A program made the position numbers and the translations under genes. The notes under the pieces were generated by a model, which worked only from the letters and a program-made list of their open reading frames with translations, did no database searches and was not told where the DNA came from. Below, piece after piece: positions 10,883 through 20,782 of a stretch of DNA of 64,000 nucleotides. Numbering within the stretch: the stretch's first letter is position 1; each line of letters starts with the position of its first letter. Source of the stretch: Spirochaetia bacterium (GTDB taxonomy: Bacteria; Spirochaetota; Spirochaetia; UBA9216); contig OZ223272.1 in the NCBI GenBank assembly GCA_965140585.1, forward strand, positions 64,001 to 128,000, in the 5' to 3' direction.

Positions 10883-11527
10883 GTGAAGAAGGCAATTATA
10901 ATTATATTTTTAATAATACTCATACCAGCAACTGTTTTTGCACATCCGCATATGTTTATCGACATGAAACTAAAACCGGTTATAAGAGAAAGCTGTTTTG
11001 AAGGCGTTTATATATACTGGGTTTTTGATATGGTTTTTACCGGAAATGTACTGATGGACAACGGGATAGGATGGAAGGAAGAACTGACTCCAGGAGATAT
11101 AGAGATCATCAGAGACACTTCTTTCGTTAACCTAAAAAACTTCAACTATTTCACGTTCTTCAATATAGATGGAAAAATAAGTCCGGCTGAGAACTTTTCA
11201 GATTTCACGGCATTCATGACAGAGAACCGGCTCGGATATGAGTTTTTCCTTCCGGTAAACAATACCGAACCTGTCAAGCTCAGGGATGACGGTATGATTC
11301 GTGTCGCAGTTTATGATGAGAGTTTTTTCTGTGATATCGCATATATTAAAGAAGAGCCTGTTGTTGTTGATTCTGACGGCAGTTTTGATATTTCCTGGGA
11401 ACTATCCGAAAATAAGGATGCTCCGATCTTCTATGATAATTCAACCCAGATGGTCTCAAGAGAGGGTGCAGTCTATTCCGGCCAGACCTTTCCGACAGAG
11501 CTGATAATTGAGACAGCCGGCAGATAA
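10883..11527 (+). CDS. DUF1007-family exported protein
   Basis: Signal peptide then HPHMFID; upstream of a Ni/Co transporter as usual for the family. Confidence 0.8.
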   Translation: MKKAIIIIFLIILIPATVFAHPHMFIDMKLKPVIRESCFEGVYIYWVFDMVFTGNVLMDNGIGWKEELTPGDIEIIRDTSFVNLKNFNYFTFFNIDGKISPAENFSDFTAFMTENRLGYEFFLPVNNTEPVKLRDDGMIRVAVYDESFFCDIAYIKEEPVVVDSDGSFDISWELSENKDAPIFYDNSTQMVSREGAVYSGQTFPTELIIETAGR

Positions 11528-11532
11528 TCATA

Positions 11533-12465
11533 ATGCCTGAAAAATCAGCAATATTCATCAGCATCATACTGATAGCCTTCTGCGCTGTTTTTTCAGCCGC
11601 CGCACAGCAGAACCCCTTCCTGTCCTCCACCTCAGAAAACGATCAGCTAGAGCCTGCAGAGACAAATAATTCATCCTCTGCATCCGGACAGATAAAAACG
11701 CCTGGATTCACGCTGCAGAATACAGAGCTGATGCAGAAAATAAAAACAGTCCAGAAAAAACTGCAGGCATCGATCTCCGGATTCATCGCTGATTATAAAT
11801 CAGGAAAAAACGAATCAGGACTCTGGTTGATTCTTCTATTATCGTTTGCCTACGGGTTTCTTCACGCTCTGGGGCCCGGACATCGCAAGGTGGTACTCTT
11901 TTCGTATTTTCTGACTTCCCCGTCAAAATGGAAAAAAGGAATGGCGGCAGGATTTCTGACAGCTGTACTGCATGCCTTTTCCGCAATCGTAATCATAGGC
12001 GGCCTCTACTTCATTACTGCAAAGGCTCTGTCCAGACGCTTTAATGACATCGCTCCGATGATAGAAAAGGCAAGCTATATCCTGGTACTTATTCTTGGCC
12101 TCTTCCTGCTTGTTACGTCCCTCGCGGAATATATCAAAAAGCGTCATAAAGCTGAAACCGATAACCGGAACATCATCTTCCTGATAATCATCTCGGGACT
12201 CGTCCCCTGCCCCGGCGCCGCCGCAATAATGATATTTTCATTCGGTTTCGGAGTTCCGCTGCTTGGAATACTCTCTGCATCTGCAATGTCTGCCGGAATG
12301 GGCGCCCTGCTCGCAATTATTCCTCCCGCAGCTGTAATTCTGCGGAACCGGGTATCGGCTATAGGAAAAGGGGACTTCGGCCTCAACCCGGAGCTTGCCC
12401 ATTTATTACTTACATCCGCCGGGGCCTTTATACTGATACTAAGCGGACTGTTTTTTCTAATTTAG
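11533..12465 (+). CDS. Nickel/cobalt transporter (RcnA/NicO family)
   Basis: YGFLHALGPGH and GLVPCPGA motifs; multiple TM segments. Confidence 0.85.
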   Translation: MPEKSAIFISIILIAFCAVFSAAAQQNPFLSSTSENDQLEPAETNNSSSASGQIKTPGFTLQNTELMQKIKTVQKKLQASISGFIADYKSGKNESGLWLILLLSFAYGFLHALGPGHRKVVLFSYFLTSPSKWKKGMAAGFLTAVLHAFSAIVIIGGLYFITAKALSRRFNDIAPMIEKASYILVLILGLFLLVTSLAEYIKKRHKAETDNRNIIFLIIISGLVPCPGAAAIMIFSFGFGVPLLGILSASAMSAGMGALLAIIPPAAVILRNRVSAIGKGDFGLNPELAHLLLTSAGAFILILSGLFFLI

Positions 12466-12656
12466 AAAAGACCTGTTCAGCGGCATCAATTCCGGACTTG
12501 TATATGAAGCAGAAAAAGAGGCCGCTCTCAAATTCGCATCGCTGAATCAAAGCAGATAAGATTTTTCTAAATCGCCCGTCTTGAAACTTCACGCCTTATA
12601 TTGATAAGATTGCATAAAGAATTAGCATTTCATACAAAAACAAGAAGGCGAGTTTA

Positions 12657-14126
12657 ATGGATAAATACTTTCTTGGAATTGATAATGGCGGTACGGTATG
12701 CAAAGCTGGTGTATATCGTATTGACGGTACCGTAATGTCAATTGCCGGCAGAAAGGTTGAATTTTTTTACCCGGAACACGGCCATACCGAAAAAGATATG
12801 AGTGCATTCCGCGAATCAAACATAGCCGTAATGAGAGAAGCCCTAGAGACTAGCGGAGTTGCAGCAGATGATATAGCAGGTATTTCACAGACAGGATACG
12901 GTAACGGAATATATCTTGCAGGAGATGATGGCGAGCTTGTATATAATGGAATAATGTCTACGGATTCAAGGGCTGAATCATATATTGAGAAATGGCATAA
13001 AGATGGAACCTTCAATAAAATAAATGATAAAACCCTTCAATCGCTCTGGGCCGGCCAGCCTGTTGCTCTACTAAGGTGGTTCAAAGAACATAAACCCGAA
13101 ATAATTGAAAAAACCAAATGGGTTTTCATGTGCAAGGACTATGTCCGCTTTCTTCTCACAGGCGAAGCATATTCAGAAATAACAGATTATTCCGGAACCT
13201 GTCTTCTTAATCAAAAAACGGGTCAATTTGATTTAGAACTGCTGGAAGAATTCGGCCTTTCCGATATTTGTGAAAAACTTCCCCCGCTAAGAAGATCTAC
13301 AGATAACTGCGGATTTCTAATAACCGATGTTGCAAAGGAAACAGGCTTAAAAGAGGGAACACCGGTAGCTGCAGGTTTGTTTGATATCCATGCATGCGCC
13401 ATTGCCACAGGACTAACATCGGAGAAGGCTCTCACCGTAATTGCCGGAACATGGAGTATTAATGAATATATCAGCAGAGAACCTGTCGGAACCCATGAAA
13501 TATTCATGAACAGTACCTACTGCCTCCCGGGATACTGGCTGGTAACAGAGGCAAGCCCTACATCCGCATCAAATCTTGAGTGGTTTATGAAAAACCTTTT
13601 AGAAAGTGATGACTATGAATATGCCAGCCGTTTAGTTGATTCAGTTCGGCCTGAAGATTCTGAGCTTATTTTTTTTCCTTTTATATTTAAAAGCAATATT
13701 GCGACTGAAATGACATCCAGTTTTATAGGGCTTAAGGGCTGGCATGCAAGACCGCATCTGCTGAGAGCTGTGTTTGAGGGAGTTGTATTCGGACACAAAC
13801 TGCATATTGACAAGTTACTCAAATACAGGGACAAACCTGAGATAATTAAGATTTCGGGAGGAGCATCAAAGTCCGATGTCTGGGTACAAATGTTTGCAGA
13901 TATTTTAGATATACCGGTGCAGATTACCAGTGCAGAAGAACTGGGTACACTGGGTGCTGCAATGACAGCTGCTGTAGGTTCAGGATTTTATGCATCACTT
14001 TATGAAGCCGCAGAATCAATGGTTAAGATTTCAAAAACATTTTATCCTGACAGTTCACATACCAGGATATACAATCACAAATTTATATTATTCATGAAGT
14101 ACCTTGAAGCTGTGGGTTCTGTTTGA
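12657..14126 (+). CDS. FGGY carbohydrate kinase, L-xylulokinase-like (copy 1)
   Basis: LGIDNGGT, CKDYVRF, AGTWSINE, SPTSASNLEWF. Confidence 0.88.
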   Translation: MDKYFLGIDNGGTVCKAGVYRIDGTVMSIAGRKVEFFYPEHGHTEKDMSAFRESNIAVMREALETSGVAADDIAGISQTGYGNGIYLAGDDGELVYNGIMSTDSRAESYIEKWHKDGTFNKINDKTLQSLWAGQPVALLRWFKEHKPEIIEKTKWVFMCKDYVRFLLTGEAYSEITDYSGTCLLNQKTGQFDLELLEEFGLSDICEKLPPLRRSTDNCGFLITDVAKETGLKEGTPVAAGLFDIHACAIATGLTSEKALTVIAGTWSINEYISREPVGTHEIFMNSTYCLPGYWLVTEASPTSASNLEWFMKNLLESDDYEYASRLVDSVRPEDSELIFFPFIFKSNIATEMTSSFIGLKGWHARPHLLRAVFEGVVFGHKLHIDKLLKYRDKPEIIKISGGASKSDVWVQMFADILDIPVQITSAEELGTLGAAMTAAVGSGFYASLYEAAESMVKISKTFYPDSSHTRIYNHKFILFMKYLEAVGSV

Positions 14127-14141
14127 TTATATATATGAAAA

Positions 14142-14159
14142 GTGCTGCAGCTGCAGCAC
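14142..14159. terminator. Palindrome between convergent genes, likely bidirectional terminator
   Basis: Perfect 18-bp palindrome GTGCTGCAGCTGCAGCAC; TTTT follows on - strand. Confidence 0.6.
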
Positions 14160-14171
14160 ATAAACTTCAAA

Positions 14172-15234
14172 TTAATCTTCAGGATATAAAATAATTTTAA
14201 GTGCTTTTCTTTGTCTAACCAGGTCAAAGGCTTCCCTGAATTCAGATATGCCCATTTTATGAGAAATCATAGACTTAAGATCTATAATTCCTGCCTCCAG
14301 CAGGTTAATAGAATTTTTCCATGACAGCCAGTCATAACCAAAATGGCCCTTTATACTAACGCCTTTATCAATCACAGGATCAAGCGAGTAGGAAAAAGGA
14401 TTTGAATCATAGCCAATTTTAACAATTTCACCGCCGGCTCTTGTAATATCAACTGCCTTTCTAAGTACGGCATTTATCCCTGCCCCGTCAATGGTTAATG
14501 CAACACCTTCTCCATCTGTCAGTATATTTATCTTATCATCAACATCTTCTTTATCTGAAATGATTATATCTGTTGCTCCAAGTTTCTTTGCAATCTCAAA
14601 TCTCCCCGTATCAGAGGACAGACCGATAGCAATTATCCTGGAAGCACCTGCTACCTTCATAGCCTGAATACTGTTTAATCCTAAAGGACCGACACCAAAA
14701 ACCGCACCAACCTCTCCGGGAAGCATATTTGCTTCCTGACATACTGCTTTATATCCGTTACAGCATGGATCCAGGATAGCAGCCTCTTCAAAAGAGACAT
14801 TATCGGGTATACGAATCAGGCTCTGAGGAAAGACTTTAAGTGTATCTCCATAAATTTTAACGTATTTGGCAAAGCCTCCATCCATACCATAACCAAGCCC
14901 TAGACGATCCGGGCATACAAGATAATTCGCTGTTCCGCAGGCATAACACTTGCCGCAGACATAACCTGTATTATCGGATACTACCCTGTCACCGACTTTC
15001 CAGTCCCTGACATTTTTTCCTATCTCTGCTATAACTCCCGAAAACTCATGCCCAAGGATTACCGGCGGTCTAAGAAGATTTTCATGGCCGCCGTCATCAA
15101 AAGCAATATCAGTTCCGCAGGACACCTGCAGCCTTAACTTCGAGAAGTATATCGTCATCACCTATCGCCGGAATATTCCGCTCCCGAATTTCGGTTTCAC
15201 CCTTTCCATATCCATATTTTACAACTGCTTTCAT
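14172..15234 (-). pseudogene. Zn-dependent polyol dehydrogenase with a +1 frameshift (or sequence error)
   Basis: MKAVVKYGYGKGETE...LEVKAAGV from ATG 15234 joins CGTD...GHEFSG only if one G at 15120-15121 is removed; span 1063 nt = 3n+1. Confidence 0.85.
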
Positions 15235-15259
15235 TTCTTCTTCCTGATTTAAAATAAAT

Positions 15260-15285
15260 GGAGCTTCGGCCTGAACCGAAGCCCC
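15260..15285 (-). terminator. Hairpin after binding-protein gene
   Basis: GGGGCTTCGG-ttcagg-CCGAAGCTCC then ATTTATTTT on - strand. Confidence 0.55.
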
Positions 15286-15291
15286 TGAATA

Positions 15292-16248
15292 CTATTTTCC
15301 GAATGCTGCAAGATACTCCGCTACATTGGCCTGAGTAAGACCAATCATGTTGATGTAGTTTTCCTTAATCTCAGGTTTTCCGCCTCTGATAAGAGTTAAA
15401 GCTGCATCAAAAGCAAGACTTCCTTCAAGTTTTGCATCCTGAAATACTGTATATTCCATCTTGCCTTCATCAATTGCTTTACAGGCATCATAGATTGCAT
15501 CAATTCCAGTCACAATAACGTCATCAAGCATGCCTTCTGCCTCGAGAGCCTGAATAGCGCCCAGAGCCATCTCATCGTTATGAGCTATTACAGCATCAAT
15601 TTTTCCGCCGAAGTCCTGAATATAATTTTCCATCAGCTCCAATGCGCCTTCTCTTGTCCAGTTTGCAGTCTTGATATCAAGAGCTGTCACGCCTGGATGC
15701 GCATCGAGCATATTCTTCACGCCTTCTCTTCGGTCAACTGTTGCTGAATAACCTTCTGCTCCCTCGAGAACTATACAATTGAAATTTTCACCTAGCTGGC
15801 TGATTACATATTCAACCATCATCTCACCAGCTCTTACATCATCGGGACCTGCATAAGCATCAATCTTGTCCGTAGGAATTCTCATATTGACACCGACAAA
15901 GGGGATTCCCGCTTCATTTGCAGCTTCCACACCCTGAACCATTGAATAAACATCAGCAGCTCCGATAATGATCGCATCTACATCCTGAGCAATGAAGTTA
16001 TCAACATGTGATAACTGTGTTACAGCATCCCATTTTGCATCAAGTACTATAAGCTCAACACCTTCTTTATCCGCTTTCTCCTGCATTGCTTCTGTCATTA
16101 AAGTTGCGAACTCCGAAAGCCAGTAGATTGAATATCCGATTACTATTTTATCATCGCCGGCTGATTCCTGATCTCCTCCTGCAAATACTGATGCTGAACT
16201 GCACAGAAGTATTGCAACCATAAATAAAACGAACATTCCTTTTTTCAT
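15292..16248 (-). CDS. Sugar/polyol ABC substrate-binding protein (RbsB-like)
   Basis: Signal ...VFAGGDQE; ANWTRE, AHNDEMALGA, TGIDA, TVFQDA. Confidence 0.92.
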   Translation of the reverse strand: MKKGMFVLFMVAILLCSSASVFAGGDQESAGDDKIVIGYSIYWLSEFATLMTEAMQEKADKEGVELIVLDAKWDAVTQLSHVDNFIAQDVDAIIIGAADVYSMVQGVEAANEAGIPFVGVNMRIPTDKIDAYAGPDDVRAGEMMVEYVISQLGENFNCIVLEGAEGYSATVDRREGVKNMLDAHPGVTALDIKTANWTREGALELMENYIQDFGGKIDAVIAHNDEMALGAIQALEAEGMLDDVIVTGIDAIYDACKAIDEGKMEYTVFQDAKLEGSLAFDAALTLIRGGKPEIKENYINMIGLTQANVAEYLAAFGK

Positions 16249-16352
16249 CCTAATACACTCCTTAACAAAATTTGTTTCTGTTCGATCAGTGATTAAAAAT
16301 CCTATGATTTATAAAATCACCCGTTTAATATTTTCAGATACCTCCTTTATTT

Positions 16353-17384
16353 TTATTCTTCACATCCCTCACGTCCAAAGAGGTCTTTGAAAGTATTGGA
16401 GATGTGTTTAAATAAATCCCTTTCATTCCTGACTGAATCTATCAGAACGGCAAATACAATAACACAGCCCTGAACAATCTGCTGAGTGTATGACTGTATA
16501 TTCATTAAATCCATTCCATTGGAAATTAGTCCGATAATCAGCACACCAATAACAGTTCCCCATATACTGCCCTTGCCACCGGCAAGACTTGTTCCGCCGA
16601 GTACAACGGCTGCAATAGCTTCCATTTCATATCCCTGTGCAACCTGAGGCAGTCCGGCACTAACCCTTGAAGTCAGAACCACTGAGGCAAGGCCGGTGAA
16701 AAAGCCGGCAAGGGTGTATACTCCCAGCTTCACAAGCCTTACATTTATACCCGAAATTTTTGCAGCATTTTCATTACCGCCTATTGCATATATGTACCGG
16801 CCGAATGATGTATAGGTTAGAATAATGAATGTAAATATAATCGCTACTATCAGTATCCATGTGGGCAGGGGCAGACCGAGAAATGAGCCCTTTCCTATTA
16901 CGAGAAATGATTTTATTACACCTGATACAGGCTTGCCATTTGAAAAAATAAAGGCACTTCCTCGGGCTATTGTCATCATTGCAAGTGTCATGATGAATGG
17001 AGCTATCTTTAGATAAGAGACAAAAAATCCTGACACTACACCGACAATCACCGCAAGGCCTATTGCCGCAGGAATTGCAAGCCACCAGTATGAATGTGCT
17101 TCGTTCGCAATCGTTGCTGCTACGACACTTGAAAAGGCAATAACAGAACCGACGCTTAAATCAATTCCTCCTGTCAGAATTACTAAAGTCATTCCGGTTG
17201 CAACAAGGCCGTTTATACTGACCTGCCGAAGGACATTAAGAAGATTCTTAGTCTTCAGAAAGGTATCTCCGGTAGTAATCACAAAAAAAGCAAATATAAC
17301 AGCCAGAACCAGCACCATATTATAATCAAGTAAAAGTCTTCCTATTGAAGAGTTATACCTTTTTGAACTCTCAATTTTAATCAC
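16353..17384 (-). CDS. Sugar ABC permease (RbsC-like)
   Basis: GGIDLSVGS, GGNENAAKISGI, AVVLGGTSLAGG. Confidence 0.93.
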   Translation of the reverse strand: MIKIESSKRYNSSIGRLLLDYNMVLVLAVIFAFFVITTGDTFLKTKNLLNVLRQVSINGLVATGMTLVILTGGIDLSVGSVIAFSSVVAATIANEAHSYWWLAIPAAIGLAVIVGVVSGFFVSYLKIAPFIMTLAMMTIARGSAFIFSNGKPVSGVIKSFLVIGKGSFLGLPLPTWILIVAIIFTFIILTYTSFGRYIYAIGGNENAAKISGINVRLVKLGVYTLAGFFTGLASVVLTSRVSAGLPQVAQGYEMEAIAAVVLGGTSLAGGKGSIWGTVIGVLIIGLISNGMDLMNIQSYTQQIVQGCVIVFAVLIDSVRNERDLFKHISNTFKDLFGREGCEE

Positions 17385-17402
17385 AATATCTCCTCCGAAA
17401 TT

Positions 17403-18905
17403 TCAACTTAAAGTTGCATAATGCATAATCTTTTCCTGAGTGATATCATCTGCTGATAATTCACCCATTGCTTCGCCCTCTCTCAGAACAAGAACCCTGT
17501 CGCACATTCCAATTACTTCCTCCATTTCGGAAGATATAAAAATTACAGCCTTTCCCTGCTCTGCCTGTTCAGAAATATGATGGTAGAAATCACTTTTTGC
17601 AGCTATATCAATTCCCCTTGTCGGCTCATCGAATATGATGATGTCACAGTCCCTTGACAGCCATTTGGAAAGAACGACCTTTTGTTGATTACCGCCGCTC
17701 AGGTTTTCCACATCCTGGGAAAGATTCGGCGTTTTGATTTTAAGAAGCTTTTTATATTTTTCAGATTCATCTGAAATCTTTCTCCAGTCCAGAAAAGCAA
17801 GCCTTTTTGATTTAAAGGATTTATGATTCGACAAAACAATATTATCCTTGATATTCATCCCCATTATCAGACCTTTAAGTTTTCTGTCATCAGTAATCAG
17901 ACCTATCCCGTTGCTTATTGCCTTAACCGGACTGGTTATTCTTTTTTTCTGACCTTTGATAATAAGAGAACCTTTTTCAATCTGATTAATACCGAATATT
18001 GCTTCAACAATTTCTGTTCTTCCGGCTCCCATTAATCCTGCAAGGCCAAGAATCTCTCCAGCTCTAACCTGAAAAGAAATATTCCTGAAAACACCCGGTA
18101 TTGAAATATCCTTTACTTCAAGCAGAACATCTCCGTCGCTATTCCGGTTTCGCTTCGGATACACATCAACTACATCTCTATCGACCATATGCTTAATCAG
18201 AACATTGCGTTCAACTTCTGTGTCATTAAAATGAGCAACTAGCTTTCCGTCCCGAAGAACCGTTATCTCGTCCGCAATTTCATATATCTCATCGAGTTTG
18301 TGGGATATATAAATTATGGAATGACCCTTGCTGATAATATTCCTGATCAGCTGAAATAAAACTTCTGTTTCTGTTTCTGTTATTGCTGAAGTCGGCTCAT
18401 CCATAATGAAGATTCTTGAATCATAGGATACAGCCTTGGCTATTTCACACATCTGCATTTCTGCAACTGTGAGGTCTCTCATTTTCTTTAACGGAGATAT
18501 GTTAAGACCTACTTCTGCAAGAAGTTTTTTTGTCTGTGAACTGTTTTGTTTCCTGTTAAGAAAAATATTTCCCTTACGCTTGAACTCACGGCCAAGGAAC
18601 ATATTTTCAGCTACCGTCATCTCCTGAACATTAATCATTTCCTGATGAATTATTGATATCCCGCATTCAATCGCATTCTTTCTGTTTGCAAATCTTCGCT
18701 TCTCACCATCGATAATCATTTCACCGGAATCAGCCTGGGTTTCACCCGCTAATATCTTCATCAGAGTTGATTTACCCGCACCGTTCTCCCCTAACAGTGC
18801 ATGAACAGTGCCGGGTCTTACACGGATAGAAACTTTATCCAGGGCCTGAACTCCAATATAGGATTTTGAAATATCACACATCTCCAGCAGATATTCATTC
18901 TTCAT
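17403..18905 (-). CDS. Sugar ABC ATPase with two NBDs
   Basis: GENGAGKS, MDEPT, LSGGNQQK, FDEPTRGID. Confidence 0.95.
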   Translation of the reverse strand: MKNEYLLEMCDISKSYIGVQALDKVSIRVRPGTVHALLGENGAGKSTLMKILAGETQADSGEMIIDGEKRRFANRKNAIECGISIIHQEMINVQEMTVAENMFLGREFKRKGNIFLNRKQNSSQTKKLLAEVGLNISPLKKMRDLTVAEMQMCEIAKAVSYDSRIFIMDEPTSAITETETEVLFQLIRNIISKGHSIIYISHKLDEIYEIADEITVLRDGKLVAHFNDTEVERNVLIKHMVDRDVVDVYPKRNRNSDGDVLLEVKDISIPGVFRNISFQVRAGEILGLAGLMGAGRTEIVEAIFGINQIEKGSLIIKGQKKRITSPVKAISNGIGLITDDRKLKGLIMGMNIKDNIVLSNHKSFKSKRLAFLDWRKISDESEKYKKLLKIKTPNLSQDVENLSGGNQQKVVLSKWLSRDCDIIIFDEPTRGIDIAAKSDFYHHISEQAEQGKAVIFISSEMEEVIGMCDRVLVLREGEAMGELSADDITQEKIMHYATLS

Positions 18906-18930
18906 TCAATCAAACACCTTCCCTTAAAAT

Positions 18931-19860
18931 CTACAGCAGTTCACCTGCCAGTAATTCATCGATAACAAGAATATTGAAATAGTCCTGGTCAACTGTGAGT
19001 TTAATGATTCCGCTTTTTTCTTTTCCGGCGGCTACACAAATCAGGTTGTCGGCTTTTTTCAGTATTGAAATAGGAATACCCATATACAGGTCGTGCTTAC
19101 TCCAGTTAATCTCGTTACCCTCACTATTAATAAAAACTCCTGCAATGTCTCCTACCGCATCAAGTCCGGTAAGCTCCTGATAATCTTCATCGGTAATTAC
19201 TCCGGATTTATATGTTGTTGAATCTTCACTAAAAGCGCTTACACTGATGATGTTAATATTCGATTTCTTTGCCATCTGAATAAGATTCATATTATTCTCA
19301 TCCTGCTTCAGCTCTTTTTTAGCTTCAAGACTCTGAACATAATACGGAGCATTCAGAATGCAGTGCTCGGCCCTTATCTTCTGACATATTTTAATGATTA
19401 TACCGGTTGGAGTTTTCATTTCTCCGTTTCTGGCATAAAAGCCTCCGGTAAGTTCCAGCACCGTGCAGTCCTCTCTGTTCTGGTAGCTGAGGTGATCTGC
19501 AAATTTGCTGATAGTATTGCCCCAGGAAACACCGAGTATCCCATTCTCGGGAAGAATTCCCATGACATATTTAGCCAGAAATTTAGCGACAAGATCATCT
19601 CCCGAGAAATCCTGTGAATTCTCAAGTACAACACAATCTTTCAGATTATATTTTTCTTTCAGCCTCTTACTCATATCCAGATTAATTCTGTCAGGAGTTC
19701 TTATCTGAATCTGTACTATTCCTTTATCTTCAGCCTCCTTGATCATCCTGGAAATCACCATAGCGTTAGTGTTAAACATATTGGATATTTCTTTCTGCTT
19801 GATTTTGTCTACGTAATACAGCTTGGCTACCATAGCTAAAGTGAAATCATCAATTTCCAC
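18931..19860 (-). CDS. SorC/DeoR-type sugar-binding regulator
   Basis: VAKLYY..QKEI HTH, GVSWGNT, AVGDI, VAAGKEK. Confidence 0.9.
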   Translation of the reverse strand: MEIDDFTLAMVAKLYYVDKIKQKEISNMFNTNAMVISRMIKEAEDKGIVQIQIRTPDRINLDMSKRLKEKYNLKDCVVLENSQDFSGDDLVAKFLAKYVMGILPENGILGVSWGNTISKFADHLSYQNREDCTVLELTGGFYARNGEMKTPTGIIIKICQKIRAEHCILNAPYYVQSLEAKKELKQDENNMNLIQMAKKSNINIISVSAFSEDSTTYKSGVITDEDYQELTGLDAVGDIAGVFINSEGNEINWSKHDLYMGIPISILKKADNLICVAAGKEKSGIIKLTVDQDYFNILVIDELLAGELL

Positions 19861-19876
19861 AGCACTCTCCTGAGAA

Positions 19877-19912
19877 ATAACAAATCTGTTTGTTATTTAT
19901 AACACATCTGTT
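19877..19912. promoter_or_regulatory. Two putative operator boxes, 22 bp apart
   Basis: ATAACAAATCTGTT (19877) and ATAACACATCTGTT (19899) between promoter and RBS. Confidence 0.6.
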
Positions 19913-19924
19913 ATTTTTAAATTT

Positions 19925-19953
19925 ATTATATGGGCACAGATAAAATCTGTCAA
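19925..19953 (-). promoter_or_regulatory. Consensus sigma-70 promoter of the regulator-ABC operon
   Basis: TTGACA-N17-TATAAT on - strand. Confidence 0.85.
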
Positions 19954-19975
19954 TTTTTTTATAGTCTTTTTTCTC

Positions 19976-20014
19976 AAAAAAAAAGAGGCTGAATTCCTGA
20001 GAATCAGCCTCTTT
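19976..20014 (-). terminator. Rho-independent terminator of trp operon
   Basis: AAAGAGGCTGA...TCAGCCTCTTT stem followed by a T-run on - strand. Confidence 0.85.
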
Positions 20015-20041
20015 ACCATAGATGTTATATATTCTGCAATG

Positions 20042-20782
20042 TTACTCCCCCAGCAGTTCCTTAACAACTGAGCAGACTTTAGCCTTGATATTACTGCCAG
20101 CGGCGTATTCTTCAGTCACGTTCTTAACAATATGCGAGCCTACAATTGCCGCATTGCAATAGGCTTCAAGGGTTTCCACCTGGGCTGCTGTTTTTATTCC
20201 GAAGCCGGCCATAATATTTACATTGTACTTTTTCACCTGGTCAAGAAAGCCGAGGTTGAATGAGTCGAGTTTAGTTTCCTGGCCGGTGATTCCGCTTCTG
20301 AGTGCCACGTATATCCACTCGGGCCTTTCTGTCATTATCGATTCAAGCCGTTCAGGTGAAACATCCGGTACAACAACGGGGACAACGCTTATTCCGGCTC
20401 TGCGTCCTGCCTCGTACAGCCCCTCATCCATCCCCGGAGTGAGGTCGGGAATTATGAGTCCGGTTACACCGTATTCAACCGCTTTTTTTACGAAGTTTTC
20501 GACGCCCATGTTAAAAACTATCCCTGAATAGCTCATTATATAGACCGGTACATCAGCGTAGGCCTTAATCCGTTTTACCAGTTCAAAGGCATCTGTTACC
20601 CGAAAGCCCTTTTCAAGCGATTTGCGGCAGGCAAGCTCAATTACCGGGCCGTCTGCGGAGGGGTCGCTGTAGGGTATCTGCATTTCAAGGGCATATGCCC
20701 CTCCGTCTATAAGGCCGGCAGCAGTCTGGAAAGATGATTCGATATCCGGGTAGCCGGCAATAAAGTGTGTTACAAGTTTCAT
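20042..20782 (-). CDS. trpA: Tryptophan synthase alpha chain
   Basis: AGYPD, IPYSDPSADGPVI, GITG, AGFGI. Confidence 0.95.
   Translation of the reverse strand: MKLVTHFIAGYPDIESSFQTAAGLIDGGAYALEMQIPYSDPSADGPVIELACRKSLEKGFRVTDAFELVKRIKAYADVPVYIMSYSGIVFNMGVENFVKKAVEYGVTGLIIPDLTPGMDEGLYEAGRRAGISVVPVVVPDVSPERLESIMTERPEWIYVALRSGITGQETKLDSFNLGFLDQVKKYNVNIMAGFGIKTAAQVETLEAYCNAAIVGSHIVKNVTEEYAAGSNIKAKVCSVVKELLGE

Noticed and set aside
12515-12620. IS end remnant starting AGAGGCCGCTCTCAAA
   Set aside because: No matching inverted end or transposase fragment found.
15100-15135. Programmed frameshift or phase variation in the dehydrogenase
   Set aside because: No slippery heptamer, homopolymer or repeat at the site.
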